From the human T2T-CHM13v2.0 reference genome, Homo sapiens: a stretch of DNA of 64,000 nucleotides. Shown here one piece after another: positions 14,159 through 29,720 of the stretch (position 1 is its first letter; each line of letters starts with the position of its first letter). The stretch lies in the NCBI RefSeq assembly GCF_009914755.1, contig NC_060934.1; one strand, 5' to 3'. The notes below the pieces were generated by a model. It was not told the origin of the DNA and ran no database searches. It saw only the letters and a list, made by a program, of their open reading frames with translations. The translations under genes were made by a program, and so were the position numbers.

Positions 14159-15656
14159 TTATTTCAAAATTTTCAAAATTATTTTAAAATTATAAATGGA
14201 TTTTGAATTTTATTAAATACTTTTTCATAATTATTGAGTTAATTTTTGTTCATTTCCAGTTTAATTCTTCTGCAGCAAGACACCATGATTTTAGTCTTCT
14301 GACATTTGTTGAGACTTGTTTTATGGTCAGCATATAGTCAATTTTAATAAATATCCCTATGCACTAGAAAATTATGTGTTTTGCAATTTTGAGATGAGGT
14401 GTTCTATGTAGTGTAATTAACTCACGTTTGTTAAGTATATTGTTTCTATCTTTTACAGCCTGATTATATTTCTGCCTGCCTAGGTCTATCACTTATTCTA
14501 AGAGATGAGTCAAAATCTAATAAGATATTAGATTTGTCTCTATCTCTTCTTAGCATTATGAATTTTTACCTTTGCCAATGTGAAGGCTGTTATTTAGTGC
14601 ATATAAATTTAGAATTATAATTACTTTCAGATAAATTAATCATTTTATTATTAAGAGATATCCCTTTTTAACTCTAGTAACACTGATGTTCTTACTTCTT
14701 TGTTATTGTAGTAGAGCTATATCAACTTTCTTTTGGTTTGTGTTTGGATTATATTTACCATTTTTACTATAAGCCTTTGTGTTTCCTTATATAACAGTTG
14801 TCTCTTGTAAAATATATATAGTTTTTATTTTATTCAGTCAGATAGTCTTTGTTTAGTAACTGGAGTAATCTGTTTAGTTTATTTACTAATACATTTTGAT
14901 CTGTCATTGATCAAATCTTTGATCTATCACTGTACTGTTTGTTTTCTATTTGTGATTTTTGTTCTATATTAATTTTTCTTTCCTTTTTTGCCTCTACTTT
15001 AATGAATCTATTACTTTTAATATTTCAGTTATCCCTCCATCAATTTGTTATTTATACAAGTTGTGCTTCTTTAAGTGGTTACTCTAGAGAGTACAACATG
15101 TAATACATGCTGGCATTAGTAAAATTAGAGGTAAGTCATTACATTTATTAATACTCAGACAGTGAAATGACCTAACAACATTCAACTCTATTAGCCCCTT
15201 ACTCTCTTTTATATTATTGTTGTTAGATGTTATTGTTTTATATAGTAATAATTTATATACATTTACCCTCATATTTGTCCTTTCTATGATACTTACATTT
15301 TCTTTAAATCTTTGTGCTTTCATGTGGATTCATTTTCTTTTAAAAGATCTGAAGAATACATTTTATTATCTCCTTTAGTGTGATCAGTAGGTAACAAATT
15401 CTCTAGTTTTTATTTCTCTGAAAGTATACCTATTTACCTTTATTTTCAAAGGATATTTTTGTCAAGTATAGAATTCTTCGTTGTCAGATTTTTTTTCAGC
15501 CGTTTGAGGCTACCATTCTATTGTCTTATGGCTTTCACTGCTTCAGTTAAAAAGCTGTTATCTTATTGTTCCTTTGAAGGTTGCAGATATTTTTGTCTGT
15601 CTGCTCTTAGGAGTTTTCTGTTTTTCATTGTAACAGTTTTACTGTGTTATACCTAG

Positions 15657-15658
<2 letters not shown>

Positions 15659-15696
<38 letters not shown>
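15659..15696. repeat. (GT)n microsatellite
   Basis: ~19 perfect GT units abutting the THE1 LTR. Confidence 0.97.
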
Positions 15697-15697
<1 letters not shown>

Positions 15698-16059
15698 TGT
15701 ATTAGTCTGTTCTCATGCTGCTAATAAAGACATACCTGAGACTGGGTAATTTATAAAGGAAAGAGGTTTAATGGACTCACAGTTCCACATGGGTGGAGAG
15801 GCCTCACAGTCATGGTGGAAGACGAAGGAAGAGCAAAGGAACCTCTTACATGGCAGCAGGCAAAAGAGCATGTGCAGGGGAACTCCTCTTTCTAAAACCA
15901 TCAGATCTTGTGAGACTTATTCAGTATCATGAGAATAGCACGGGAAAAACCTACCCCCATGAGTCAATTACCTCCTACCAGGTCCCTCTCACAACACGGG
16001 AATTATGGGAGCTACACTTCAAAATGAGATTTGGGTGGGAACTCAGCCAAACCATATCA
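15698..16059 (-). mobile_element. THE1 (THE1B/C-like) MaLR solo LTR
   Basis: tgtattagtctgttctcatgctgctaataaagacatacctgagactggg..cagccaaaccatatca; TG..CA ends; 5-bp TSD gtgtc/gcgtc. Confidence 0.95.
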
Positions 16060-17231
16060 GCGTCTTTTATATTTATTGTGCTAGTCATTTACAGTGCCTC
16101 TTGAAATCTGTGGCATGATAGTTTTTATCAGTTTTGGAAAATTCATAGTGATTATTTCTTCAAATACTGCTTTTGCTGTATTCTCTATTTTCTGTCCTTT
16201 CGAGACTCCAATTATATAGAGGTTAGAACTTCTCCCATAACTCCACATCTCATGTCCTTTTTCCTATGTTTTAAGATTCCTTTTCTTTATTTAATGTAGC
16301 TACTTTATTTGGACTTATCTTCCAGTTTACTAATTTTGTCTTCTATTATTAAAGTTGACTATATAGAGTTATTAATTTTCAGTTACTGCTTTCTTTCATC
16401 TAAAATTTCAGTTTCAAAAAGTTCTTTGTAATTTCCAGTTTTCTGCTAAAATTACCAACATTTGTATCACATTTCTGAAACATAAAATTGTCACAATTAT
16501 TTTAAAGCCCATTTCTGATAATTCCAATATCACAATCTCCCATGGGTCTCCTTCTGTTGCATGGCTTCTACTGTTTTCCCAGTTTTAGGTTATGGGGTGT
16601 TGCCTTGTTGTACCTAATTGTTTTTTATTGAATCCCAACATAGGTGTGAAAAATTGTAGAGAGAGTATGATACTCTGGATTATGTGATCTTCCTTCATGG
16701 AGGATTTACTTTTGCTCCTGATGGGCAGGAAGACTAGGATCAGATCACCCAAACCAATTATAGATTGAACAGATATAAAGCAGGGTTTCAGTCTTATTGA
16801 GTACATGGTTATTAGCAGTTAAAGTTTAGCCTCTCTGGAATTCAACTGGTTGGGCCTGATTTCAGTTTTTTTCCCTCCAGCCACTTTAGACTTTTGAAGC
16901 TTTGCTCAACTTCTTAGCCTCTCAGCTTCTAATTTATGCTTACTTACTTATTTTCTTAGAAGTATTTTGTGATTGGTGAATACCTCAGAAAAACACTGAA
17001 TGTTGGGCTGATATCTCTGGACAGACTTCACTTTTCTCTGGGATATTGGCCCCTCAATTCCTTGCTGCTTGGGAGTTTTCCAATGCCTTATTTTTATATT
17101 TTTGGTTCGGCTTCTCTAATTATTATAGGTGGGAGGGTTGATTATCAGTAAACGAATCTTCCATCATCAGAAGAAGAAATCAATAAGATAATCTCTTGAA
17201 TAATAATTTATTTTGAATTCAAAACAGTATC

Positions 17232-17533
<302 letters not shown>

Positions 17534-17853
17534 CAACAGTCTCTATTGAAACAATAAAGATAGGTTTAAAAAAATACAAATAAGCTATTAATTTTAGCTC
17601 ATAGTGGTATTTCAGATTTTGACAATCAACTCAAAATTTTTCTTAAAAACTTTGAAGCACAGTTTTAGAGAAACATTCTGTTTTTCTGATTTTTAACTTG
17701 AAACAAAATTTGGCAAACTTTATACATTATTAGAAAAATATGCCAATTGTTTGCTTGAATGATTTCCTATTTTTCCTTGTTATGGGTATGTTGAAAAGGA
17801 TATTAATAGTGCCGTTCATTACCAGTAAGTTAATAGAATACTTCACTCAAGTA

Positions 17854-18236
17854 CAGCTGCGTCATTTAACAACAGGGATACATGCTAAGAGACGTGCCTT
17901 TAGGTAATTTTATCATTGTGCAAACATCAAAAAGTGTATTTACACAAACCTAGATGGTATATAGCCTATTACACACCCAGACTATATGATATAGCGTATT
18001 GCTCCCAAGCTACAAAGCTATATAGCATGTGACTGTACTGAATACTGTAGGCAATTGTAACATGATGGTATTTGTGTATCTAAACATATCTAAACATAGA
18101 AAAGGTACAGTAAAAATATGGTATAAAAGATAAAAAAGGTACAACTATGTATAGCAGCTTCATTAGAATCTTACAAGACCACTGTTGTATATGCGGTCTA
18201 TCATTGACAGAAAAGTTATTACATGATGCATGACTG
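17854..18236. mobile_element. Tigger3a/MER7A-like non-autonomous TcMar DNA transposon
   Basis: TA-flanked cag..gcatgactg termini; internal acacaaacctagatggtat and tctaaacatagaaaaggtacagtaaaaata. Confidence 0.88.
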
Positions 18237-21200
18237 TACGTTAATAAGAGTCATTTTCTAAATTAGGTTATTACAAGTAACTATAAAAGTGGCAAGCTTC
18301 CATTTGCATCACTATCGAAATTTTATAATTAGAGCTTAATTTTTTGAGGATCTGCTAATTAATGTCAAAAGGAAACCAGTGTTATTTACCTGTTATTTTT
18401 ATAATGATTGTGTTAAACAAAGACACACGGTGCTCAATATGGAGTAGAACATTTGGACAGTAGAGGGTGCAATTGTACCTTTAGTTCTGTATTTTAGTCA
18501 TTAGAAATTAGTATTTAATGGCTGAGAGATAAATTTGAAGAATGTACTGTTTGTTGAAGCTGTACACTATGGAAGTGTATTTGAAATAAAATGAGTCATG
18601 TAAAGAAGGAGTACAAATTTCTCTTGTCATGTGATGCTTTGCTTTACCTTGTACTTTTAAAAAATGAAACATTTAAATCTCAATCAGAAACTATTTGCTA
18701 AAAATATTATTTTTAACTGAATAAAGAATATATTTTCTACATATAGAAAGGCATATCATATCAACATGACATTTTTCTGTTGTGGAGCTTTATTAATTTT
18801 AATTACATATGTTTTTCCTCTTGGGAAATGGTGCTTCCAAAAGGATTAGGTATATTGATGACTGCCTCATGAGACTCCCAGTTTGTGAGAGGAAAAATCT
18901 AATTAAAACCACTAAAGATAAATGATGCAATGCCAAGAGGGTTTTTACATTCACATGGTTATTAATGCTAAGGTTTTGTTGAAGATCTAGAAGTTTCACA
19001 CAGTTATGAATCAGAAACTTAGATTTCTGTTTAGACACTGAAGCAGCATTATAACATTGCAGTTAAAAGCTTAATTTATAAAGATTTTTGGGATGTATAT
19101 ATGCAAGGCTTTGACTTTTTATCTTCAAATTTGACTCTTTAATAGATAAGGATTTGTTTTATTTTCTCATAGGAACGGCTTGTCTTTAGGTTTTTTTAAG
19201 GTTGACAACAATTACTTTTTCAAGACCTATATTCAAGTCTAATAAATTTGAAGGGCTTACGAAGTATTCTTTCTGACTTTTTAAAATTACAGAAAACATC
19301 TACCTGAGAAATTTTCTTTTTTGCATTAACAAACCATATATTCCTGTCTTTTGATTTAATTGAACAACTATTTAACATAGCATTGTGACTTTATAATTAT
19401 TGCTAATTCCCAAAGGTTAGCACTTTCATATTCAATTGATTGTGATGTTAAGCTTATGATTTTATATCTAGGGCCTACTCTGACATTCTATGGAGAAAGC
19501 AAAGCAAGAACAAGGGAGGGGAGATGGGAAATAATATATGTATGTTAAGAATTAAGTTAGTGAAGGAATTTTGCAGATGGAGGTAAATTTGCTTCTTGAA
19601 CTTTGTTTAAATCTTAACTTTCAAATTATAAATGATCAGGTAGGACACAAGCATTGGTTAATAATCACAGAAGTTATTAAGTATATTAATTGAAAGCATC
19701 TGCTTTCGAAATAATGTCAAATGGTATGAATAGTTTTCTACAAGATGTATGTATTAAGAAGCACTAGTAAAGAAGGCCAACTCCAAATAAAGCAGTCAGC
19801 TTTTGGAAGAGTAGCTGGAACTGTGGAAGAAACAAAAAAGAAATTGCAAAACTGTTGATCCTGTAGACATTGCCAGTGTTACATAAAAGAGCACTGTACC
19901 TTGAAGACAACATATTATAAGCCTAAGAGTAAGAAAGAAGGTGAGATTATGGTGATTTAAAAGTGCATTGAGAGAGTTGAAAAAAGTAGTTGGATATCAA
20001 GACACATTATTTCCTAGAAAAAAAAATCAGAGTGACAGGAAGAAAACATAGTTACCATGGGCCTTAAACAGGCAAATATGTTGTTCAAATAGGGATGTAT
20101 TTTTTTTCCATAAAAGAAAACCCATTTTAAAGTTAAGCCTCTGATATATTTGATTTGTTACATACAGAAAGGCTTAAACTAAGCCTCTGATATGTTTGAT
20201 TTATTAAATATTACACAACACCATCAATAAACAGAAAAGTTTTCCCTTTTGATTCTTTTCCATCAGAGAGGTGTGTTTTGCATATTAAATAAATAATTGT
20301 TGACTGTATTTACTCCTACCTTTATTTATTCAACGCAATTAGCCAGTATAGTGAGCGCCTTCCTGTTCTAGGTGTTGATGAACAAAATAGACATAATTCT
20401 TTGCTTTCATAGTTTACAGTCTAATGGGAGATGTATCTATCTAACAAATATTTATGCAAATATTAGGGTTAGTGTTAGGGTTAGAATGCGTAATATATAA
20501 TTATGCATTGTGATAAAGTGCTTTTAGAAGGGAAAACATTATGGGGATGATTCTGAAGGATTATCAGAGAGAGTTTTTTTAGGGAAGAACTGAAGATTTA
20601 TTGAATAAATGACTCAAGAGATGAGAGGCGGTAATGGGGAAGTGATAGGGCTAGGATTTGAAGGCAGTGAAAGGGGTTGAGAATAGGTCTTCACGGGCAA
20701 AAAGAGAATTCCCATTGGAAGCTATGAAATGTTAAGACGTAATTGCTTAATGCTTGGAGAACTTAAAGAACTAAAGGATCACTGTAACACTTTGGTAATT
20801 AATTACTCATCAAATGCTCTACCTTATTTTGATCCCATTGTAGTCCTTCCTTGAACATTTTCACAACCTAAGCAATAATCCTGTGACCCAGTCTAATTTT
20901 AAAGGGAGGAAATTGATTATGGATCAAATGGCAAGGCTAATCCTTCCTGTAGGCACCAAATTTGTTATATGTTCATGGTTTTCTGTCATGTCATTGGCTG
21001 TGGCCACAGGCTGGGCAAATTGTGGTTTGAAAGGGGAGATGTGAGTAGTTGACAGTACTGTTTGTGGGACGAGAACTGTGTGTTCTTGTCTCAGATATTG
21101 CTGTGTATGTAGATAGCAATAGGGGATTTCACAAATGGAGAAAATGCTTGTACTTTCTATTAAATTGTCTAACTGACTTTTAAAGTATTAAATGCCATGA

Positions 21201-21689
21201 ATACTCAGGTTCAACACTGAAAGTATTAGAAGAAGGAAGGTTTAGTTGTTAAACAATGTATATATTTACCATTTATTTACATGGTATATACAGTATGTAA
21301 TATTTTATGTATTTACTGTATATTTATTTTGGAAATTCATAATACATACTGGAATGTTAAAAGTACTGATATTAATACTGAAAGAAATCTCTTTTCTTAC
21401 ATTTTTCTCAATCTCTCCCAAACATTTTTGACCATGAAACCCTTTTTCATTACATTTATTACCATTTTAAGGAAGTAGTGTTCTTTAGTTCACATTCTGA
21501 GGGAAGCCCTGCATTAGAGTCGCCTGGTTGCTAGCAGAGCTTTCTTTGACACTCCTCTTAGAACAACATATTTGCCTGCTTAAGATCCATGATAACTATG
21601 TTTTCTTCCTGTCACTTTGAATATTTTCTAGAAAATATGTGTCTTTATACAACTACTTTTTTTTCTTGAAAGAATCACCACTTAAAAGA

Positions 21690-21766
21690 TTCCACCTCTC
21701 AATCTTGGTGCACTGGGGATTAAGTTTCCAGCATATGAACTTTGGGGGAGACATTCACATCATAGC
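21690..21766 (-). mobile_element. Short MaLR (MLT1/MST) LTR end fragment
   Basis: ccacctctcaat..gcactggggattaagtttccagcatatgaactttgggggagacattcacatcatagc. Confidence 0.75.
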
Positions 21767-21854
21767 TAACACATTTGCTTTTTTTTTCTGTGGGAGGTGG
21801 GATAGGATGGGATGTTAAGCCATGGCATATGTTGCTGTCGCTCCTTTAATTATC

Positions 21855-21873
21855 TGTGTTTGTGTGTTTGTAT

Positions 21874-21905
<32 letters not shown>

Positions 21906-21920
21906 GTTATTTGTGTGTGC
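21855..21920. repeat. (TG)n/(TA)n compound microsatellite
   Basis: tgtgtttgtgtg..tatatatatatatatatatatatg. Confidence 0.9.
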
Positions 21921-24399
21921 CCTTGAGAGTGGCATAAAGTAAACTAAAAAATAGACCAAACATGGAAACACTGTTATCTTAGGTAAGTTTTAGTTCTGTG
22001 ACTGCTGAGAGAATATTACTTGCTGTTTTCTGATGGAGGGTCTAACCAGTGGAAACTGGAAAATGAAAGTAAGCAATTTTCACTAAGTTCTCTATGTTCC
22101 TAACAGCAGCAATTGCTTTTAATATTCCACAAATAAACATTGTGAAGATTTCCCTGTTATTTTTTCCACTTAAAAGTTGTAGTCAACATAGATGATTTTC
22201 TAAAGAAACTAGATGATTAGAATTTTGGCTGTATTATAATCTGGGGAAAAATTAGATGAATTTTCCATAATGACTCTCTACATTAACTCTTTGAGTAAAA
22301 AATTTGTATGTAATACAGTGACTCTAGACAGACACTATTTTGTGCTAATATCAAAAAAGTGTGAAATTTCCTATTGTACATTTATTTATATGGTGCATTG
22401 AAACTATATGATACTTTAGATATTGCTGCTTTGGGTAACTTCTTCATTATATAGGTGTTTGAACATTTGTCTTTTAAGTTTAAATCTGGAACACTAATAT
22501 TTATTCTTTACCTACCAGATTAAATGCCTGTGCTTTCAATAATGAATTTTTAAAAATCCAGTCTAGACCATGAAGGAATTACTGAATCTTCTCTAAAAAC
22601 CTACATTAGGCAAGGCCAATGATAATGTTGTAGTTAGTTACAAATACATAGTGAATGTATGCATCTCCTGGGCCCCAGCCTGGGGCTTCTACCCTTGTTT
22701 CAAGAATAATACGTGGCAATATCTTGGCCCTGGAATGATATCCATTTGCTTTACTAGCCTACTATTTCATTTGCCTGTCGTTAGAAAAGTGGATTTCTGG
22801 ATTTCCATCTCATGATGATTATAGAAAAGTCACAATTTGAAGATTCCTTAATTTGAAGCTAGGTGATATTTACATGCCCATTAAGTTAATGAGAGTGGAG
22901 ATCTCCATGTATTTCCCTACTATGTCTTTTTGCCTGCAAAGCCCCCTCTCCCTTGAATCACTGACATTCTCACAATGTAAATAAATTTCTTGACATCTTT
23001 CTCTTGCCCAATGCAGTCATTTTACCTACTAATAAAAATTCAATTCACCCAAATTTCTATTTCATTGTCCTTCTTACATCTTTAGTATCTTCTTACCTTA
23101 TTATTTTTAAAGAGTTTGCTAGCAAAACTTCAGTTTTCTTTACTTTAAATTTTGGTTACAAAACCTGTAAGAAGAAAATGGCCAAGTTATATCAACTGCT
23201 AAATACTAGTTAAAATACAAACAACAGCAAAAAAGACAAATCATGGACTAGAGAGCTATTCTATAAGCCCCACAATATCAAATCTGTTTTCAGAATCAAA
23301 ATTACTTTTAAAAATACTTTAGAATATTTTGTGGAAAATATTGATGATTTACCTTAGTAAAAGATGCACATTTAATATACCAGAAGAATCACTGAAATGG
23401 AACTGAGCAACTCTAACTTATTTATCATACAGGTATGTTGCATGCTCATGTACATATTCATTACGCTTCAAATGCAGTAAAATGGTGTCTTGTGAATAAA
23501 GCATTTTAAATTCTATTTTATGCATTTAAAAATTTTACACTTATTTCAAAATACAAAAAACCTAATATTTTTCTTGATTTTTTTTCTTTTGGCTATTGTA
23601 AATGAGCAGCTGACTAAAGAGTACAAATAAATATTCATTTTGTTAGATAGCTCATGAGTTTTCATGAGAACTAGTTTAGCCTGAGACCCAATAATAACTT
23701 CCCGTCATCTTAAGAAGGGGACTATAAAAATTCATTTCACCTAATATTAAGCATGACACTAATTCAGTATTAAATGCTAAGTACATTAGCAATTATGGTA
23801 CAGTACGCTGTTACTTTCCAAGTCTCTGCAGTAAGTTTTTCATCATTAATGGTTTATTATTTTTTTCTTTTCTACGCAGAACTTACCATTTGAAATAGTA
23901 TAACTTGAAAACAGCCAAACTATTTCAATTTTTACTTATATCCATGTAAATATATATTCCTTATGGCCAAATCTATCCACTAAACACAATTATAAAACTA
24001 GTTCTATAGGAATTAATAAAATAGCAGGCACTTGAATCCCTGTACTTAATTCACAGGGAATCAATGTAAGTTCCAGTTTCTGTAAAAACAATAAAGCAAA
24101 AAGGGATCCTTGAATTATTGTCTAATTTATCAAAGTATAATTAAAATTCTATTGTCTGACTCATCCCCCTTTATAGTCCAAAGACAGTTCCGGTTGTGCA
24201 TTATTATTCATTGCAATAGGATGATTGCTTTCCTAAAACATATTCACACAAAGTAATGTATAAGTGGGTTTGTAATGTGCCTAAAATAATAGGTATTATC
24301 ATTACAGATCTTCCTTGGTTTTACTTTTCTATCAGTAATGTGGAAAGCAAAATTTGAAAATATTTATAAACTAGAGAAGCTCAGATATTTTGAATTGAA

Positions 24400-24532
24400 T
24401 AGGGTGACCAACTCTCCTGGTTTGCCCGAGACTGGAAGATTCTTAGAACTTTTAGTTTTAAAGACAGGACAATTTCAAGCAATTTTAGGATTAGTACAAT
24501 CTCTGGCAAATGGGTTCAAGTTACTTACCCTG
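24400..24532. mobile_element. MER94-like hAT-Blackjack MITE
   Basis: tagggtgaccaactctcctggtttgcccgagactg..ttaccctg termini. Confidence 0.65.
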
Positions 24533-26528
24533 AGCCAGAATGTAATCTTGTTGAAATAAAGACAGGACAGTTTTGTGAAAAGGAACTTTTTGAAAACCTT
24601 GTTGCTGCTCTTTCAGGATTTTCCAAATTTGTCCTCTTCACCTCCCTGACCCCTAAGTCAAGCAAGTTGATGTTAAAGACACTCTTCTCTCTCTGGATAC
24701 AGAATAGGACAGTAGCAACACTTATAAGTTCTGCAGAAAGTAATGAGGGGTAGGGGCCTCAGCTCTACATCACCTAGTCTGGATATGAAGCCAGTCTTTG
24801 CCATTGATTAGGTGAATGATTCTGTGACTCCATTTTCTCTAATATTAATAGAATATTAATAATATTGAACTTATAGGGTTGTATGAACAATACCTATCAT
24901 GCATTAAGAAGTCAAGGAAGTTAGTTAATTTTTTGTGATCTTGATTATGATTAGCAACTTAGAACAGACCGTCATGTCTGCCAGTAATAGCTTTAAAATC
25001 TAGATTCCTAGGAGGACTTGTTACTTTTAGCAATCTTCTGCCAGAGGAAGCTTCTGTCTCCTGAAAGGCTCAGCTATATATTTGTTTGTTTATTTTTTCC
25101 CATTCAAGATATACACATGAAATGACAGAAGAAAATTTCAAAACTTAAGATTCTTCCAGGAAATACAGTGTCAGTGGAATGGATAAGTGGATAAAATTAG
25201 CACAGTTCTTTTGGGCTAATTATGTTTTTAGTGAAGGATGACAAATTCTACAGATTTATTTTTGAATAGCCAGTATTATAATAAAGCTACTTTATTGGAA
25301 TAGCTCATTAAATGATTCTGAGAATCCATTAAGGAAGGCATGTCAGTTTTTATTCTCAATTATGAGGATTGGGTGCAAGACTAAAGAGCATGTTGGAGTT
25401 CAACAGGCCACAGTTTGGTCTGGCTACCAGTAGAACTTTGCTTCTATTAAAGTTATGAAAAAGGAAGACTGCTGAAAAACAGGTTGTGAGTTGTTTCTGG
25501 AATTCTAGAGTATGAAGTCAGTTCCTTCAAAATTGCATTGTTCTAACTGTTAGCATCTAATGTCAAAGCTTCATCTCAGATAGGCAGTGGGGCAGGGCTC
25601 AGATCAAGCCATTCTCCTCTACTCTATCCCTGAAGGAATCTGAGGTAGACACTTCCTAATTAGCAGAAAGTAGACTTGTGCCTGATCTTTGATCTTGTAA
25701 TTTAGCCAATTAAGTTTACTACATGACACTTAGTAAAGATAATTTGTCTGTTAAGACGTAATTGCAGGACTTTGATTTTTCACATAGGGTTTATTTCCAG
25801 CATTTACTAAGTACAACGCAGAAGATGTTTAAGAAAATATTGGAAACACTCAAAATGTTGAGATGGAAACCTGGTCGCTCAAGATCTAAACAGCTGGTCA
25901 AAAGCATCATTGAAAAACATACTTAAAATATTTATTTTTACTTTAAAAATGAAAGAGAAAAGGCTAGAATCCTGGATTTTGCATATGAAATTATAAAGCA
26001 TTTAAGGGGAAGTCAATTTAAAAAAATAACACAGCCTGAGATAACTAAATATATTCTATTCCTTGAACACCTTTTAAAGTCAATTGTAAAAGTCATGTCT
26101 TTTCAGCTTTTTACTCTATTTGTGTTTGTTATAACAGATTCCTGACTCTCAATATCAGATTCATCCTGGAACAGATTTTATATCATGAGATGTAAATTTA
26201 AAATGAAAATGTAATGTGTATACATCCTATAGTTGCATTTAGATATGCCAGCTTAAATACTGAAAAGTATTTACATAATTTAGTGTAAAAAAACTCACTT
26301 TTTTCCAAAATGCCTAAATATTTTTGGTTTTTTTATTTTTGGGGAAAGTGTTTTAGTTTTTATTTTCCTTTGTACATGTAGACAGACTTTCTACAAATGA
26401 GGAAGAACCTTCTCTCTTTGTGCTGCTCAAAAACATTAAGTAACCCCATTTAAACCCTAAATAAACTCTAAAACATCAATGAAAAACGTATTTAAAATAT
26501 TTGTTTTCACTTTAAAAATGAACGAGAT

Positions 26529-26842
<314 letters not shown>

Positions 26843-28269
26843 GAGAAAATCCTGGAATTCTGAACCCAGCTTAGCAGTTGTCTAATTATGTCCTCTATAC
26901 ATTGTATCTGGTATATTTTTAGACATAAACTCATGGCTTCATGAACCCCAATAATAGATCTATAGGAAAAAGTCATTTTGTATTCAACATTTTCCCATGG
27001 AAATAAAGAATTCCCACAGGTTAAATAAGAATTTGGCCTTTTGCCCAGAAGAAGGAAATTTTCATGGAAGCTTTTTTAGAATACAGTGAGTTATACAAAG
27101 TCACAGTACTTCTGCTTGGTTTACTTTTAATTAAAACAACAGTAATTCAGAGCTATTATTATTTTCAATATTTGTAAGTTGCTCATTTCTTCATTGCAAA
27201 AGAAAATGTTTTGAGAATGATCCATTTTATATATCACATTTAGAAATAAATGCACTTCTGAAAGTCTGTGTTGGAAAGCAGAAAAATGAAGTGTCTTGTG
27301 TAATCTGCATTAAGAGAATTACTAGATCATAATCTACATAAAAGAATATTTAGGACTATATATTTTGTCATTTAGTCCTCTAATTAAAAACAAGGACACT
27401 TTAAATGAACAAGCTTGTTAAGATACCTTGACCTCCCTCCCTCCTTTCCTCCCTTCCTCTGTCTCTAGCTTAAATACAAAAAGTTGTGTATTCAAAAGCA
27501 ACAGTGTGCAAGTTATTTTGATACTATTCTTTGCTAAGTTTAGAATTGCATTGCAATTCAATTTTATTTTCTGTCCACTTTGTTTTAGTGTTAAGGAATA
27601 ACCAAATAGAGCATTGAGGATTATAATATTGAGTGCCCAAGAATAGTAATCAAAAATCTGCCAATAAAGATGCTATAAAATTGGATGAGTTCGTAATGTC
27701 TTAAGCAAATATTAGGGATTTAGGTACGTATTAGGCAGATATTTGGGGATTCTAAACATGTGTTCCCATGATGGGAGTGTAACACTTGGATAGAAAGGAA
27801 GTTACCTAATTGTGATCATTTTGGGGAATATTGAGTGGGCAGGGATGAGGGTGGGAGTGGGTAGAGGTGGGGGTGACTGCAGTATAGTGTACAATTCACT
27901 GCAGCCTGCGTGGTCTCCCTCGCTCCTTCACGATTTTCCCTCTTCTTCAAAGTTTGTGTCAGGATGTCTTCCTGGCCATTCAAGTGGAAAGATACATTCC
28001 TAACAGCTTGGTTGTGAGGAAAGTAATATTTTTAAAGGTATGATTCAGTTTCAAGATGAAATTTTTGGAGCTCGGGAATGATTTTTAACCCCCACCCTCT
28101 CCCCGCCAAATTCAGCAAATGGAAGAAGCAAGGCCCATCCGAGAACTATTCCCAGGCACCAGCTCAAGGCGGAGGGCTCATGGGGAAGCTGAGTGACCTG
28201 CTAGGGCCCAAATCCGTTTTTGGCCTTTGCCCTAAAACAGTTCCCCGATGAGAGTTTGGAAGGGGCAGA

Positions 28270-29720
<1,451 letters not shown>

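Larger units (their letters stand above)
11970..17160 (-). mobile_element. Old degenerate L1 (L1ME/L1MC-like), fragmented and hosting younger insertions
   Basis: T-rich L1 antisense motifs (gttgatggacatttg..aataatgctgcta..caatttatactcccac..catttccctgatgact); interrupted by another L1 3' end (~12920-13215), an Alu monomer and a THE1 LTR. Confidence 0.75.
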
